Positions 11,370 through 25,533 are shown, counted from the stretch's first letter. The stretch is 64,000 nucleotides of DNA from Octopus vulgaris (GCA_951406725.2 OX597817.1:51646001-51710000), one strand, 5' to 3'. Program-made: numbers and translations. Notes: generated by a model not told the origin, from the sequence alone.

Positions 11370-11910
11370 AGGCGCAGACGTCGCCGTAGAGTTAAGACAC
11401 TAGCGAGTGTCTTATCCAATAGCCCTGGACCGACCAATGCCTTGTGAGGGAATTTTGTATACGGAAACTGTAAGGAAGCCCGTCATTTATATGTGTTTTT
11501 ATGTTACGTATGTACGCAATTGTGTGTGTGTGTGGCATATGTATTTGTGATTGTACGCCCCACTGCCTGTAAACAGTTTGTTTACGTCCTTCTAACTTAG
11601 CTGTTGGGCAAGTGCTATACAATAGCCTCGGATCGACTAATGCCTTGTGAGGAAATTTTGTATACGGAAACTGTACGGATGCCAGTCATTTATATGAGTG
11701 TGTATATGTTTATGTGTACGTATGCGCGCACGTGTGTGTGTGGCATATGCATTTGTGCTTGTACACCCCACTGCTTGTAAACGAGTATTGGTTTGTTTAC
11801 GTCCCTGTAACTTAGCTGTTCGGCAAATACTACCCAATAATAATAAATTCAAGATTATATGTAATAGACGTAATCGACTAAATCCACTCCTAAAATTGCT
11901 GTCCTTGTGA
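11370..11910 (+). mobile_element. Degenerate SINE A with ~200-bp internal tandem duplication
   Basis: aatagcc..gaccaatgccttgtgag..ggaaactg..aacttagctgtt occurs twice (11418 and 11621). Confidence 0.65.
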
Positions 11911-13064
11911 CAAACTTTAGACTCTTATATGAGACTCGACTTCTTTAGTAATTTCGAAAATAATTTTAACATGAGCGGTGGAGTACTAAAACCACGTAAA
12001 TATCTAAAACGAGGGCCAGATTGAATTAGGTAACATAAGCTGCAAACACAGCTCCTAATTAATTAAAATAATCTACTAGATTTAATATTTTTCTGCAAAA
12101 TGTAGTAAGGATGTGTTCTTAAATCGGCGTTCAATGAAAGGGAGCACAGTGCTCGAAATGTCTGGGAGATAACGATTTACGCGAGTGTATGAGCTACTAC
12201 AAATATCAACCACATCTCTCTCAAATCACATTCATCATTCTTTAAAAAAAAGGAAGGACACACTTGGTAAAATTGTCTTGGATACACTTTGAGAGATAAA
12301 TTAGAAGAAATGATTAAAACTTAAAACCCTATGTTTCATAATTCGTTCGATCGCGGCTGACCTGGGATTAAAAACAACAACAACAGACACAGTTGTCGTA
12401 ATCACATAATCTACTGGGTGTAATTTGGAAATAACGAATGTGACCAACAAATTGCGTATAAGAAACTGTTATTTACAAGTTACGGGTGTTTCAAACGGTG
12501 TTTTACTTTCAACAGTGCGAGACATGATTATATAGAAGAGACCTGATGTTGAAGTATGATGCAATTTTCCAGTTGTCTGTAAGTGATATAAGATTTGACA
12601 TATCATCGTGACTCGTATTTATATATCCTTAAAAAGATATTTAAATCGATTTAGTTTAAAGTATGTAGCTAACTTCCGCCGACAAACAGAGATAAATATG
12701 TATTGATAAATCGTATTGGAAAGAACAGAAACAGAGAGAGACGGAGAGATACAGAGAGAGACAGATAGGGAGTCAAACTGAGAGAATAAAAGTGGACCCG
12801 TCAGAACACATACAAATAGTTACAAACCAAAGTATAAACCAGGCAGAAATCATTATAAGTAAATATTCATGTTGTTTACATAAACAAGTAATTTCCTGAG
12901 ACTGATTCGGGGATATCAAATGTCGACAAAATAATTCATATTTTACTAACTAGTTCTGGAGACACAGACACACACACACGTGCGCACACGTGGCCGCGCG
13001 CATTTACACGCATATTATTTATGTTCATATTAATAGATGTTATATAAACACATATATGTATGTG

Positions 13065-13104
<40 letters not shown>

Positions 13105-13217
13105 TAAGTGTGTATGTATGTATGTATAAATATATATATATTCATACACACACACATATATATATATATATATACATAAATGTATATGTATATATATACG
13201 TGTATATGTGTATATGC

Positions 13218-13279
<62 letters not shown>

Positions 13280-13385
13280 ATGACGTAGTTTTGGTGAAGC
13301 ATTGTGTAGCATAACTTCAATGTGATTTGCTGTGTAATCCTTCTCGTAAAGTTCGGCCTTATACATAGATGTGTATATATATATA

Positions 13386-13438
<53 letters not shown>

Positions 13439-13882
13439 GTGCGCGTGTGTGCGCGCGCGCGTGTGTGTGCATGCGTGTGTATGCGTGTTGTTTGATTGGC
13501 AAGAAAGAGTGAGAAAGATAGAATGATGCAGAGGTGAGTTAGAATAAAGGATAATTTGCTATCAACTCTTAACGTGATTTCACTAATGGCTTTCAGTAAA
13601 TTCAATCAATAACCGTGGGCTTTGCCGACCGATCGTGCAAGAGTTCGCTCTGAACGGAAAGCTTCATCTAGCGCTATTATACACTACTGACTGAGTGAGT
13701 TGAAAGAACGTAGAGTGGAGTGTCTTGCTGAAGGACGTAAAATGTTGATCGAACAAAGAGCCGAACTTGTGACCTAAAGATCAGGATCAATCAAACTACT
13801 TAAGGGCATGTAACTTCGCTATATATATGTGTGTATGGACGTATGTGTGTGTTTGTTTGTCTGCATATCTATGTGTATGTGT

Positions 13883-14483
13883 ATTCCCTTCGAGAATTTA
13901 TCCCTAATTAGTGGTTAGGACTTTAACTGTTCTTTCTAACGTAATGGATTCCTATGATGGAAGCCTCCTAATGTGTTTTAATGTACACTGTATTTAATAT
14001 GAATAATATATAGTCTATTGACTAATTTTTTGTACGCTAGGCCACTGGTAGTAAAAATTTCCATAATTTTTATTACCCTGATATTATTTATGTATAATGA
14101 TTTCTGGTAGATTTGTTCGAAGATTTTACCGGCATCCTCTTTGCTGCCGACAAAAGACTGCGATTGCGCAGTGGATTTGAAAAAAATTATAATGTACAAG
14201 CAATGAGTTTACCTCGTTGTTTGTATATTGACCTCGTTGTTTGTATATTTAATCTAAGGCGTACCCGTTGATGAAGACTTCGCCTCAGTAAATAATAATT
14301 TTCATTCACTGAAATAAGTGAGAAACCATGGTCCGGGAATTAAATTAGATGGTAAATGTTTTTATTTTTCATTCCCTTCGAGAATTTATCCCTAATTAGT
14401 GGTTTGGACTTTAACTGTTCTTTCTAGCGTAATGGATTCCTATGATGGAAGCCTCTTACTGTGTTTTAATGTACACTGTATTT
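13883..14483 (+). mobile_element. Retrozyme/PLE pLTR-like unit with 113-bp terminal direct repeats
   Basis: Direct repeats 13883-13995 and 14371-14483 (period 488), HHR at 14264-14337, microsatellite flanks. Related fragments at 25585-25775 and 46535-46620. Confidence 0.75.
14264..14337 (+). ncRNA. Type-I hammerhead ribozyme motif (C3U)
   Basis: cccg-TTGATGA-agactt..tcagt..actga..aagtga-GAAA-ccatg-GTC-cggg; stem I cccg/cggg, palindromic stem III accatggt. Confidence 0.7.
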
Positions 14484-15067
14484 TATATATATATATATAT
14501 ATATACTTACGTATGGATGTGTGTATGTTTGTTTGCCCTATCGCCGCTTGACAACCGGCATTCATTTATTTACGTCCCCCAAAACATAGCGCTTAGGCAA
14601 AAGAGACTGACAGAATAAAACTTGAAAATCAGAATTCTAAGAGTCGATTCGTTCGACTAAAACCTTTCTACACACTGCCTCAGCAATTCTAACGACCGAA
14701 CCAAATGAAAAATAAAATATGAAAGATAAATGCTTCCATATGCAAATACGAAACAATTATCAAAAGAAAATAGACACAAAATTCAAATAGTTTTGATATT
14801 TTTTTGTTTTTCGTTGGCATATTCTTGCATTTTTTTATTTGGTAGCCCAAGGTGGGGCTGTTGTAAAGAGATCTCGCAGCTTACTATGTTTGCATAAGCA
14901 AATCATTTCCGGTACAGACGCATTGAAGAAATATAAAATTATGGAGTTACGAAATTCTTGAAAAATATTACCTTACTGTTTTGTAATATTCTGATTACAA
15001 TATTGATCTTGTGATACTGAATGTATGTACGTATGTATGGATATCAATATTTGCTGTACAGCAAATT

Positions 15068-15154
15068 CTATATGTGTATGTATATATAATTAATATATAT
15101 ATATAAATGCATGTACGTGTGTATACACATATACATATAATATAATATATACAT

Positions 15155-15211
<57 letters not shown>

Positions 15212-15348
15212 CATATATATAAAAATACACATATATATATACACACATATATATATACACATATATATATACACATATATATATATATAGCACATATATA
15301 TATATATATACACATATATATATACACATATATATATATATATGCACA

Positions 15349-15380
<32 letters not shown>

Positions 15381-15593
15381 CATATATATATACACATATA
15401 TATATATATACACACATATATATACACACACACATATATATAAACACACACATATATATATATACACATATATATACACATATATATATACACATATATA
15501 TATACATATACACATATATATATACACACACACACATATATATATACATATATATACACACATATATATATATACATATATATATACACACAC

Positions 15594-15625
<32 letters not shown>
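15068..15625. repeat. Degenerate (TA)n/(CA)n array
   Basis: Direct reading. Similar long arrays at 590-750, 13040-13275, 34017-34560 and 49003-49650. Confidence 0.95.
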
Positions 15626-15828
15626 TTTTTTAAAATGAAACTGGATCTCTTCTTGTCAGGTATCCCAGATGAACCAACTTCACGGCAGGAGGGGCAGATG
15701 AGGGCAGCTGCATCGAACTCTCTCATGCACCAAATGGCAGTTGCTAAAAAGCATTCGTGAAGTAAAACCATGTAGCAACACCAAATGGCGGTGCCCCAGC
15801 ATGGCCACAGCTCGTGAGCTGAAACTAG

Positions 15829-15862
<34 letters not shown>
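15626..15862 (+). mobile_element. CR1-type LINE 3' end
   Basis: [20 protein letters not shown], homologous to the ORF2 end at 24720-24839; 3' UTR stem-loop and (ATCA)n tail. Confidence 0.75.
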
Positions 15863-15864
<2 letters not shown>

Positions 15865-16046
15865 TATATATATGTATGTATGTATGTATGTATGACGGGT
15901 TTCTTTCACTTTCCGTTTACCAAATCCGCTCACAAGGTTTTAGTCGGCCTGAGGCTATAGTAGAAGACACCTGCCAAGGTGTCACGTAGTGGGAGACACA
16001 ACTCGACACATATAATATATATATATGTGTGCGTGTGTATGTTTGC

Positions 16047-16101
<55 letters not shown>

Positions 16102-16111
16102 TGCATACATA

Positions 16112-16705
16112 CAAACTGCGTTTCAAATTATTAACGCCGTAACATTCTTTATTTTATTTTAAAAAACGCTTGCTGCAATTCAACAAAATTCTCACAGAAT
16201 GGTGGCAACAGTTATATGCGTATGGTGTGTAAAGGACCTGAGGTTTTGCGCGCAATGAGATAAATCACTGCCGTTTGCATGATTTCCAATAACTTTCAGT
16301 GTTCCAAATTCTTAACGAATGATCTGATAATCGTGAAATTATGGATCGTAAATGTGACTTAACTGCTTCCGTGAAATCTGTCATTACTTCTGGATTTGCA
16401 AAAGGTCAATCAACTTTAGAAATATCTAAAATACTTGGAAGATATCACCAAATTCTGGAAAAAAATGTTACAGCTATATACGAAGATATGTAAGAGAGCC
16501 GACAAAGGTCAGTCGAGGACAGTTTATCAACGTTCTCTGTAACGAATTAAGCATGAAACTGTAAAGAAGCCAGGTTTAACAAGCAGAAAATTTTTCAAGC
16601 ACATAGTCCAAGCGACTGTGTCCGGAAGTACCCGATATCACAGTCTGAAAAAGGTCGGTAAACCAGTGGACATCAGTTAAAAGTCCTCCTTTAAATAAAA
16701 TACAC
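16112..16705 (+). mobile_element. Degenerate Tc1-like 5' fragment
   Basis: TA followed by a TIR-like start; ATG 16341 gives MDRKCDLTASVKSVITSGFAKGQSTLEISKILGR (Tc1 N-terminal HTH-like), then stops. Confidence 0.5.
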
Positions 16706-16707
16706 AT

Positions 16708-16874
16708 AGGCGCAGGAGTGGCAGTGGGGTAAGTAGCTTGCTTACCAACCACATGGCTCTGGGTTCGTCCCACTGCGTGGCACCTTGGGCAAATGTCTTC
16801 TACTATGGGTTCGGGCCGACCAAAGCCTTGTGAAAGGATTTGGTAGACGGAAACTGAAAGAAGCGTGTATGTAA

Positions 16875-16936
<62 letters not shown>

Positions 16937-17160
16937 GTGTGTGTGTGTGTGCGTATGTTTGTTTGTGTGTGTGTGTGTCTGTGTGTTGTCTATGGTCGTC
17001 CCCCACCATCCTTTGACAACCGATGTTGGCGTAACTTAGCATGTTCGGTAAAAGAACCGATAGAATAAGTACTAAGCGTAGAAAGAAAAAGTTCTGCGGT
17101 CGATTTGTTCGACAAAAGGCGGTGCTCCAGCATGGCTGTAATCAAATGACTGGATACATA
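16708..17160 (+). mobile_element. SINE family A, full length
   Basis: aggcgcaggagtggcagtgggg..gtggcaccttgggcaa..(TA)n(TG)n..aaggcggtgctccagcatggc. Confidence 0.9.
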
Positions 17161-17170
17161 AATAAATATA

Positions 17171-17265
17171 TTAGGTTGAGGAAAAAGTTCGTGCGCCGTG
17201 TTTTGAAGAATAGCTGTTGTTTTTTAATAAAATCTTGCATAAAAAAAACGTTTTCTTCAACCTAG
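17171..17265. mobile_element. ~95-bp mariner-type MITE (MADE-like)
   Basis: TA|ttaggttgaggaaaa ... ttttcttcaacctag|TA terminal inverted repeats. Confidence 0.6.
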
Positions 17266-17289
17266 TATATACATATATATAAGCCCACG

Positions 17290-17353
17290 GGCATATGCCG
17301 TAGGGGTTAAGAGCGCGGCTAACCCCAAAATTCCGAGTGAGCTGAACACTAAC

Positions 17354-17396
<43 letters not shown>

Positions 17397-17535
17397 GTAA
17401 TAACAACATCGAAAAATACCTTAGTAATGAGAACCCAGGTTCGAAATCTCCCCAAGACTCCCGAAGACTAGAGGGTATATCAGCCGAAACGTTGTGTTAA
17501 CAACAAACAAGATGAGGACAAATATTCGCCGAAAT
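17290..17535 (+). mobile_element. Family H tRNA-head/HHR element, degenerate copy
   Basis: Head gccgtaggggttaagagcgcgg..aaccccaaaattccgag (B-box deleted), (AAT)n, body with CCGAAGA..cagcc-GAAA-c-GTT-gtgt (17455-17497). Confidence 0.7.
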
Positions 17536-17716
17536 CCCCTCAGAAGGCCTTGGTCGATCCAACAATATAGTCGAAGATACTTCCCCAAGGTGCTCCGCAG
17601 TGGGACTGAATCCGAGACCCAGCGGTTGGGAGACAAGCTTCTTGCCACACAGCCACACATGCGCCTACGTATATGCATACATGTATATCATATGATAAAG
17701 TCATATATATCATATA

Positions 17717-17759
<43 letters not shown>

Positions 17760-18397
17760 TAACTATAATCATATACATACACTTACATGCATATATACAT
17801 AGGTGTGTGTGTATATTAAAATTTCGTTCATTAGATCACAATATTCCCTCGCATACACACTATATCTATCAATACATAAATACAAACAAACACGCACACA
17901 CATGCATATATGTGTGTATGTGTGTGTGCGTGTGTGTGTGTGCACCGATTTACTTCTAAATCTCTTAGTTTTTTGGTTTTGATTTTGTTTTTTTTTATAT
18001 TTGTTTGTACAAATGTCTCAGATGCATACTTGTCAACATCGCCATCATGTGCTGCTGCAAATTTTAAACGATGAAACCGTTCAGCAAGATTATCATCAAA
18101 GACAATGAATCTCAAAGACTCATCCGAACGGAAATCCTAGAGGACGCTCGCTGTCTCAGCCATATGCAAATTCACTAAATTGAGAATAATATTTAAATGA
18201 ATAACAATGATGCTTTCGGCTTAAGTAATACAATTCTTGGTTGTGGTAGCCATGGACTGAAATATTCCGGTTGTTGTAGTGAAGGTGGAGCCTTCAGAAG
18301 TTTTTCCTCCAGGGCGAATTTCTGTGTGCAAATCTCATTACCGTTGTTCATGTATTGTTTTCATTTTACATCATATCAATAAATAATAGATAGATAT

Positions 18398-18451
<54 letters not shown>

Positions 18452-19089
18452 GGATGGATGGATGGATGGATGGATGGATATCTGTTACAGTGTGCGTGCG
18501 TGTGCGTGTGCGTGTGTGTGTTGTAGTGTGGTGGTGTGTGTTGTAGTGTGGTGATATGTGTGTATGTGTGAGTGCTTGCGGTAGGGTGTGTGTGTGTTTG
18601 TGTGTGGTAGTGTGTGTGTGTGTGGTAGGATGTGTGTGTGGTATTCTGGTAGTGTGAGTGTATGTGTGCGTATGTATGCGCGCACATGTGTGTGTGTGCG
18701 CATGTGAGTGTGCGTGCGTGTGTGTGTGTGTGTGTGGTAGTGTGGTAGTGTGGTAGTGTGTGTATGTGTGAGTGTGTGACTGAAATTCCTCATGCTTTCT
18801 TCTACCATTGAAGCTAAGATAAATATATTTTGCTTTTTTAAAATAAAAAAGTTATGTAGATCTAAACTGGATTAGAGGCTTTACTTACTCTCCTATAACG
18901 TTGCCACAAATTTTAATATGTACTTTTCTACTTTATACCAAAATGTAGCTAGGGCCCAGTCCTCTTCAGAAATGTTAACAGTTTTCAATTTGGTTAAGAA
19001 CTGAATTAACGACAAAACTCTCAAAGACGTTGCGAGTGAGTAAATTGCCGCCTTAAGAATATTATTCAACTACCACCGTAATTGGATAA

Positions 19090-19695
19090 CAGCGAACTGG
19101 CAGAAACGTTAGCATGCCGGGCGAAATGCTTAGCTGTATTTCGTCTGCTGCTACGTTCTGAGTTCAAATTCCACGGAGGTCGACTTTGCCGTTCATCCTT
19201 TCGGGGTTGATTAAATAAGTACCATTTACGCACTGGTGTCGATAAAATCGACTTAATCCGTTTGTCTGTCCTTGTTTGTCCTCTCTGTGTTTAGCCCCTT
19301 GTATGTAGTAAAGAAATAGAAACAGGTATTTCGTCTGCCGCTACGTACTGAGTTCAAATTCCGCCGAGGTCGACTTTGCCTTTCATCCTGTCGGGGTCGA
19401 TAAAGTAAGTACTAGTTACGCACTGGGGTCGATGTAATCGACATAACCCCTTTGTCTGTCCTTGTTTGTCCCCTGTATGTTTAGCCCCTTGTGGGCAATA
19501 AAGAAATAGGAATCATTAGCAAACCGGGCAAAAATGTTTCGCCACCTTCCGTCTGTTTTTGCGTTCTGTGTTCAAATTCCGCCGAGGTTGACCTTGCCTT
19601 TCATTCTTTCGGGGTCGGTAAATTATTGAATACTGGGATCGTTTTAAACGACTTATTTCCGAATTTGTTGGCCTTGTGACAAAATTTGGAATCAA
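19090..19695 (+). mobile_element. SINE family B head-to-tail multimer (~3 units)
   Basis: Units restart at 19325 and ~19515. Confidence 0.9.
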
Positions 19696-20470
19696 TTTTA
19701 TAGAACGTCTGTATTAATAGCGACATTAATAGCTAATTATTTACCGATCTCCCTTTTAGATTTCTTCCTTGAATAAAGGAATCACCTGGACGTTTAAGAA
19801 ATCTTATGATATTAAACCACAAAGTTTTCATTCAGAAACATTCACTAATTATACCAGATTAAAATGAAAGCTCTGTGTTTAAACTATCACCTGCAGGTGA
19901 TAGCATACAAAGAAACTCTCTCAGTTCACGTTTACAAGAACTGAACAGAAAAACATTATTTATCAACATTTTCAGAATCTTAGAGAATAATTTATCTCTA
20001 ATATTGCCACAGGATGTTATCAGTGGGATACATTGCATCCTATTGACAACACGTTCTACCGGATTTTAAATCATTTAATAGCATCTTCGGACTCAATCAA
20101 AGATGTATTTGTATATCACAGAATTACAGAACATCAGACTGTAAAGTTGAAATACGTATTGAAAGAAACAGATTTTCTTATGGTAAACTGTACAAATCTT
20201 TTCATAATTTATAGCATCGAGCTGAATAAATGATCAAAGTTATATACAAGGTATACAGAACACTTGTGAACTTTCATTAAACCCGAATTATGATTTATTT
20301 GGAGATTCAGTTGAATATTTATTTTACGATACTTTGACTCTTATTGGAAATTGCGTCGTTTTTCGGAAAATCAAACACATATAAATGCATACATACATAT
20401 ACACATATACATGTGTGTGTGTGGTTGGGGTATGTCGATAGATAGATACATAAATACATACACACACACA

Positions 20471-20524
<54 letters not shown>

Positions 20525-21026
20525 CGAGGGTGAGTCAAAAAGTAATACCATTTTGTTTAGGACAGGTATACTTACCAACACAGGAACGTGTATCATCCAT
20601 CAGAATGAAGGTGGTCCTCTGTGGGATCACATCACTACTTCTCAACATAGTCACCGTTTCTCTCAATACCGATGTCCCACCTTCGAATGAGAGCATGTAT
20701 TTCTGCCACGTAAAATTCTGCTGACTGTTCTTTGAGCCACTTCTTCACTAGTTTTCGTCACTGGAATAATTTAGCACCTTCAGACTATCATCTCTTCGGC
20801 CCCATGAGAGAGGGTTTGAGAGGCAAAGATTATTCCAGTGACGAGGAAGTGAAAACTGTAGTGAAGAAGTGGCTCAAAGAACAGTCAACAGAGTGTTGTG
20901 GGGCAGGGATACATGCTCTCATTCGAATGTGGAACGTTGCTATTGAGAGAAACGCTATGTTGAGAAGTATGAATGTGATTCACAGAGGACCAGCTTCATT
21001 TTGATGTATGATACATGTTCCTGTGT
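20525..21026. mobile_element. Mariner-derived MITE made of an inverted duplication of the 3' end
   Basis: TA|cgagggtgagtcaaaaagt TIR; 20580-20770 is the reverse complement of 20830-21026; encodes LAPSDYHLFGPMREGLRG..EVKTVVKKWL (mariner C-terminus). Confidence 0.8.
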
Positions 21027-21714
21027 AGTATATATGTGTGGAGATATGTATGTCTTTGTGTCTCTATTTGTTCCCCACCACCAATAGGCAACTGGTGTTG
21101 GTGTGTTTACGTCCCCGTAACTTAGCGGTTCAGCAAAAGACGGATACAAGCACCAGACTTTTAAAAAATACAAATATTGAGATCGATTCAATCGAGTAAA
21201 AATTTTTCAAGACGGTCTTCCAGCATGGCCGCAGCCTAATAACTGATATAAATAACATGTGGTAAGAAAGTTTTCAATTCTTTTAGTAAAGATTTGTACA
21301 ATTTGCTTCCTGATAATTTTGCATGGATTACCATTTTGATTTATTTATCGGAAATCACTTCTAACGAGCCAACAAATAACCATCAATAAGCCAGGTCTCA
21401 AGAAACCACTTAGATTTGAGGTAGTTACAAAAGAAAAGACAAAATGTTTAATAAAAACACTGCCCTAAGAAAAAAGATAATCGCAAAATTTAAAAGATTA
21501 AAGGTGTGTCTCCGGGAAACAAAGTGATTGAAGAGAGTTCCATAAGACAGGTGTTCGAGGAATAACAGAAATTAATGGAAAAAAAGAAAGAAACTCTTTT
21601 TTCAAGAGGAGAGAACAAGAGTGGAGGAGGGAAAATTAGTAAAAAAAGGCAGAATAATTAGAAAATTTTTTTTTTTAAGGCAGAATAATTAACACGGAAG
21701 AAATAATAGAATTG

Positions 21715-21806
21715 AGAAGAGGAAGAAGAAGAAGAAGAAGAAGAAGAAGAAGAAGAAGAAGAAGAAGAAGAAGAAGAAGAAGAAGAAGAAGAAGAAGAAG
21801 AAGAAG

Positions 21807-21836
<30 letters not shown>
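21715..21836. repeat. (AAG)n microsatellite
   Basis: Direct reading; source of the poly-R and poly-L ORFs. Confidence 0.95.
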
Positions 21837-21837
<1 letters not shown>

Positions 21838-22301
21838 GTTCCGACGATGAGTGAAGAATTAAAGTTCACCGACCAAAATAGGTGCTCATGCATGCAGGCT
21901 ATCAATCAGAAGAGAAACAACAGCACCAGAGGATCTATATAAAGGTGACAAAATTATTCCATACAAGAGTGAATGAAGAGTCTTACAAAGATGATGTATG
22001 CATTCTGAGATTGATGTACAGAAGTAGCCATCATGGTGGCTGATTTGGCAAGTGAACAATTATGATATTACAGTTCAGAGAGGAAAGTTTTTAAAAGTCC
22101 TGGAAGTACAGTTTTTAGCATAGACATAGCAGCGATCATAAGAATAAATATAAAAATCTTTAGTTGCTGCCGAGTTGAATACAACCTAGCAATGAGCACG
22201 TCAATCTGTCGGCAAATGCGAGTCAAGCTCAAGAAAACCGACTATTTTCAGTCTCATGACTAAAAGGCAGAAATTAGACACTTGCAACCCCTGGGGCTCA
22301 T

Positions 22302-22481
<180 letters not shown>

Positions 22482-22665
22482 TTTATAAAAATATGGTAAA
22501 GTAAAAGAATTCACTTTACCACACACCGAACTTTTCAGAAATAGCAGCCAAAAATTTGGCTATTTCTTCAACTGCAAATAAAAGTCTCCAGACAATGCAT
22601 ACTCAGAAAAATAACTCACATAGGAATAAGGGAAAAACAATGAAAGATCACATCCATATACGATA

Positions 22666-22728
22666 CCCGAGGACAGTCTGTTTCTGGATTTGTGGGTAAA
22701 ACGCCACTTTTCCTTCATCAGCTCAGAG
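22666..22728 (-). ncRNA. Type-I hammerhead ribozyme (mirror copy)
   Basis: Exact reverse complement of 23208-23270. Confidence 0.85.
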
Positions 22729-23207
22729 ATTTCTTCTGATTTAGATTTGAAAATACTAAGAATCAAACATACCCGTCCGATATCTGTAACATCGGACAAA
22801 CCATGCCAGACACCCAGTACTAGCGAATCCAAAAATACGAATGAGATCTATTATTCTCCCTGTCCGCCCACGTGAGTCATAGAGCATTCCATTTCTACAG
22901 AGGTAAAAACTGCAGTTCAAATTCTTGGAGAGAAAGTTTTATATTGTTATGAAATGAAAAAAGGGGGTCGAATTTTTTTCATTTCATAACAATATAAAAC
23001 TTTCTCTCCAAGAATTTGAACTGCAGTTTTTACCTCTGTAGAAATGGAATGCTCTATGACTCACGTGGGCGGACAGGGAGAATAATAGATCTCATTCGTA
23101 TTTTTGGATTCGCTAGTACTGGGTGTCTGGCATGGTTTGTCCGATGTTACAGATATCGGACGGGTATGTTTGATTCTTAGTATTTTCAAATCTAAATCAG
23201 AAGAAAT

Positions 23208-23270
23208 CTCTGAGCTGATGAAGGAAAAGTGGCGTTTTACCCACAAATCCAGAAACAGACTGTCCTCGGG
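23208..23270 (+). ncRNA. Type-I hammerhead ribozyme, canonical core
   Basis: tctgag-CTGATGA-a-gga.gtgg..ccac.tcc-a-GAAA-c-agact-GTC-ctcggg; predicted cleavage after 23264. Confidence 0.85.
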
Positions 23271-23333
23271 TATCGTATATGGATGTGATCTTTCATTGTT
23301 TTTCCCTTATTCCTATGTGAGTTATTTTTCTGA

Positions 23334-23581
<248 letters not shown>

Positions 23582-23582
23582 G

Positions 23583-23637
<55 letters not shown>

Positions 23638-23667
23638 ATATATATATATATATATATACATATACAT

Positions 23668-24912
23668 CTGTAATATATGTCATCTACCTTGATTTCAGTA
23701 AGGCCTTCGACAGGGTCGATCACAAGATCCTATTGAAAAAACTATCCAACATTGGTGTCTCTGGAAAGTTACTGAAATGGATTAAGTGTTTCCTGACAGA
23801 CAGATCTCAACATGTTGTAGTTGAAGGGGTAAAATCAAGCCCAGCCAAAGTCAGTAGTGGCGTTCCGCAAGGCACTGTGCTGGGCCCACTTCTATTCATC
23901 ATTTACATTAATGACATTAATGACATCATCAAGCACAGCAACATAAAAATCTTTGCAGATGACTCCAAGCTACAGAAGGTCATAAATGAGGCGAGTGACC
24001 GGACATGCCTTCAGTCAGATCTACTGGCTGTTATCCAATGGGCAGAAAAAAACAATATGCTGCTGAACGAGGATAAATTTGAGCTAATCCACTTTGGAAA
24101 AGAGGATGCCCTGAAACTCCCATACTCCCTTCCTTCAGGTGAAACTCTCGCGGCGTCCAACAACATCAGAGACTTGGGAGTAATTGTGGACAACAACGTA
24201 AGCTGGGCCACTCATATAAACACCAAAGTTGACATGGCCCGCAGAATGTGTTCCTGGATTCTCAGAACTTTCCAGTCGAGAGATATCCACACCATTATCC
24301 TTCTCTTCTCCACTTTTGCCCGACCCCACCTTGAATACTGTTGTCCACTGTGGTCTCCCCACACAATACAAGGTATCATAAAAGTTGAAGCACCTCAAAG
24401 GGCAATCACAAAAAAGATAGATGGCATGACAGGCCTCGACTATTGGGGTCGGCTAGAAAAGCTAAAACTCTATTCTCTCCAACGTCGTCGTGAGCGCTAC
24501 ATCATCTGCATGATGTGGAAAATATTCCATCAGCATTGCCCAAATGATGTTGGCATCACCTTTAAGGTACATCCAAGGCTTGGGCCCCGTGCCATCCGCC
24601 CAAAACAAAAATCGCACTCTCATCTCATAACAACAATACGGCACAATTATTTCACCTCAATTGGCCCCGCTCTCTTTAACATTACACCAAAACACATTAA
24701 AACAGAAACTGACCCTATAGGGTTCAAGAAGTCTTTGGACAGATTCCTTCAAGAAATCCCAGATAAACCCCCTACACCCGGATATGTCTCTGTAAACAAT
24801 AACTCTCTACTTGAGTGGGCCATAGTGCCCAAATTCTGACTTGAAAGACTTTACCAGGTGGTGCTATTAAGTTAGACATGGCCTGGGCCAATAATGGCCG
24901 AAACCTATCAAA
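23668..24912 (+). mobile_element. CR1-type LINE, 5'-truncated, young
   Basis: Open RT frame, 3' UTR stem-loop ggcca-ataa-tggcc-gaaac, (TA)n on both sides. Confidence 0.9.
23670..24839 (+). CDS. LINE ORF2 reverse transcriptase C-terminal half (partial, no true start)
   Basis: [49 protein letters not shown]; uninterrupted to the stop at 24839. Confidence 0.9.
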   Translation, partial: VIYVIYLDFSKAFDRVDHKILLKKLSNIGVSGKLLKWIKCFLTDRSQHVVVEGVKSSPAKVSSGVPQGTVLGPLLFIIYINDINDIIKHSNIKIFADDSKLQKVINEASDRTCLQSDLLAVIQWAEKNNMLLNEDKFELIHFGKEDALKLPYSLPSGETLAASNNIRDLGVIVDNNVSWATHINTKVDMARRMCSWILRTFQSRDIHTIILLFSTFARPHLEYCCPLWSPHTIQGIIKVEAPQRAITKKIDGMTGLDYWGRLEKLKLYSLQRRRERYIICMMWKIFHQHCPNDVGITFKVHPRLGPRAIRPKQKSHSHLITTIRHNYFTSIGPALFNITPKHIKTETDPIGFKKSLDRFLQEIPDKPPTPGYVSVNNNSLLEWAIVPKF

Positions 24913-24913
24913 G

Positions 24914-24976
<63 letters not shown>

Positions 24977-25003
24977 ATTTATATATATTTTTATATATAT
25001 ATA

Positions 25004-25064
<61 letters not shown>

Positions 25065-25094
25065 TATATGCATTGATACTATTAGTTAGTTATA

Positions 25095-25139
<45 letters not shown>

Positions 25140-25170
25140 TATATGTATATATATATAATATATATATATG

Positions 25171-25533
<363 letters not shown>

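Noticed and set aside
21840-22200. Possible decayed LINE APE domain on the - strand (ILVGELN-like)
   Set aside because: One weak motif amid stop codons; not supportable without a profile search.
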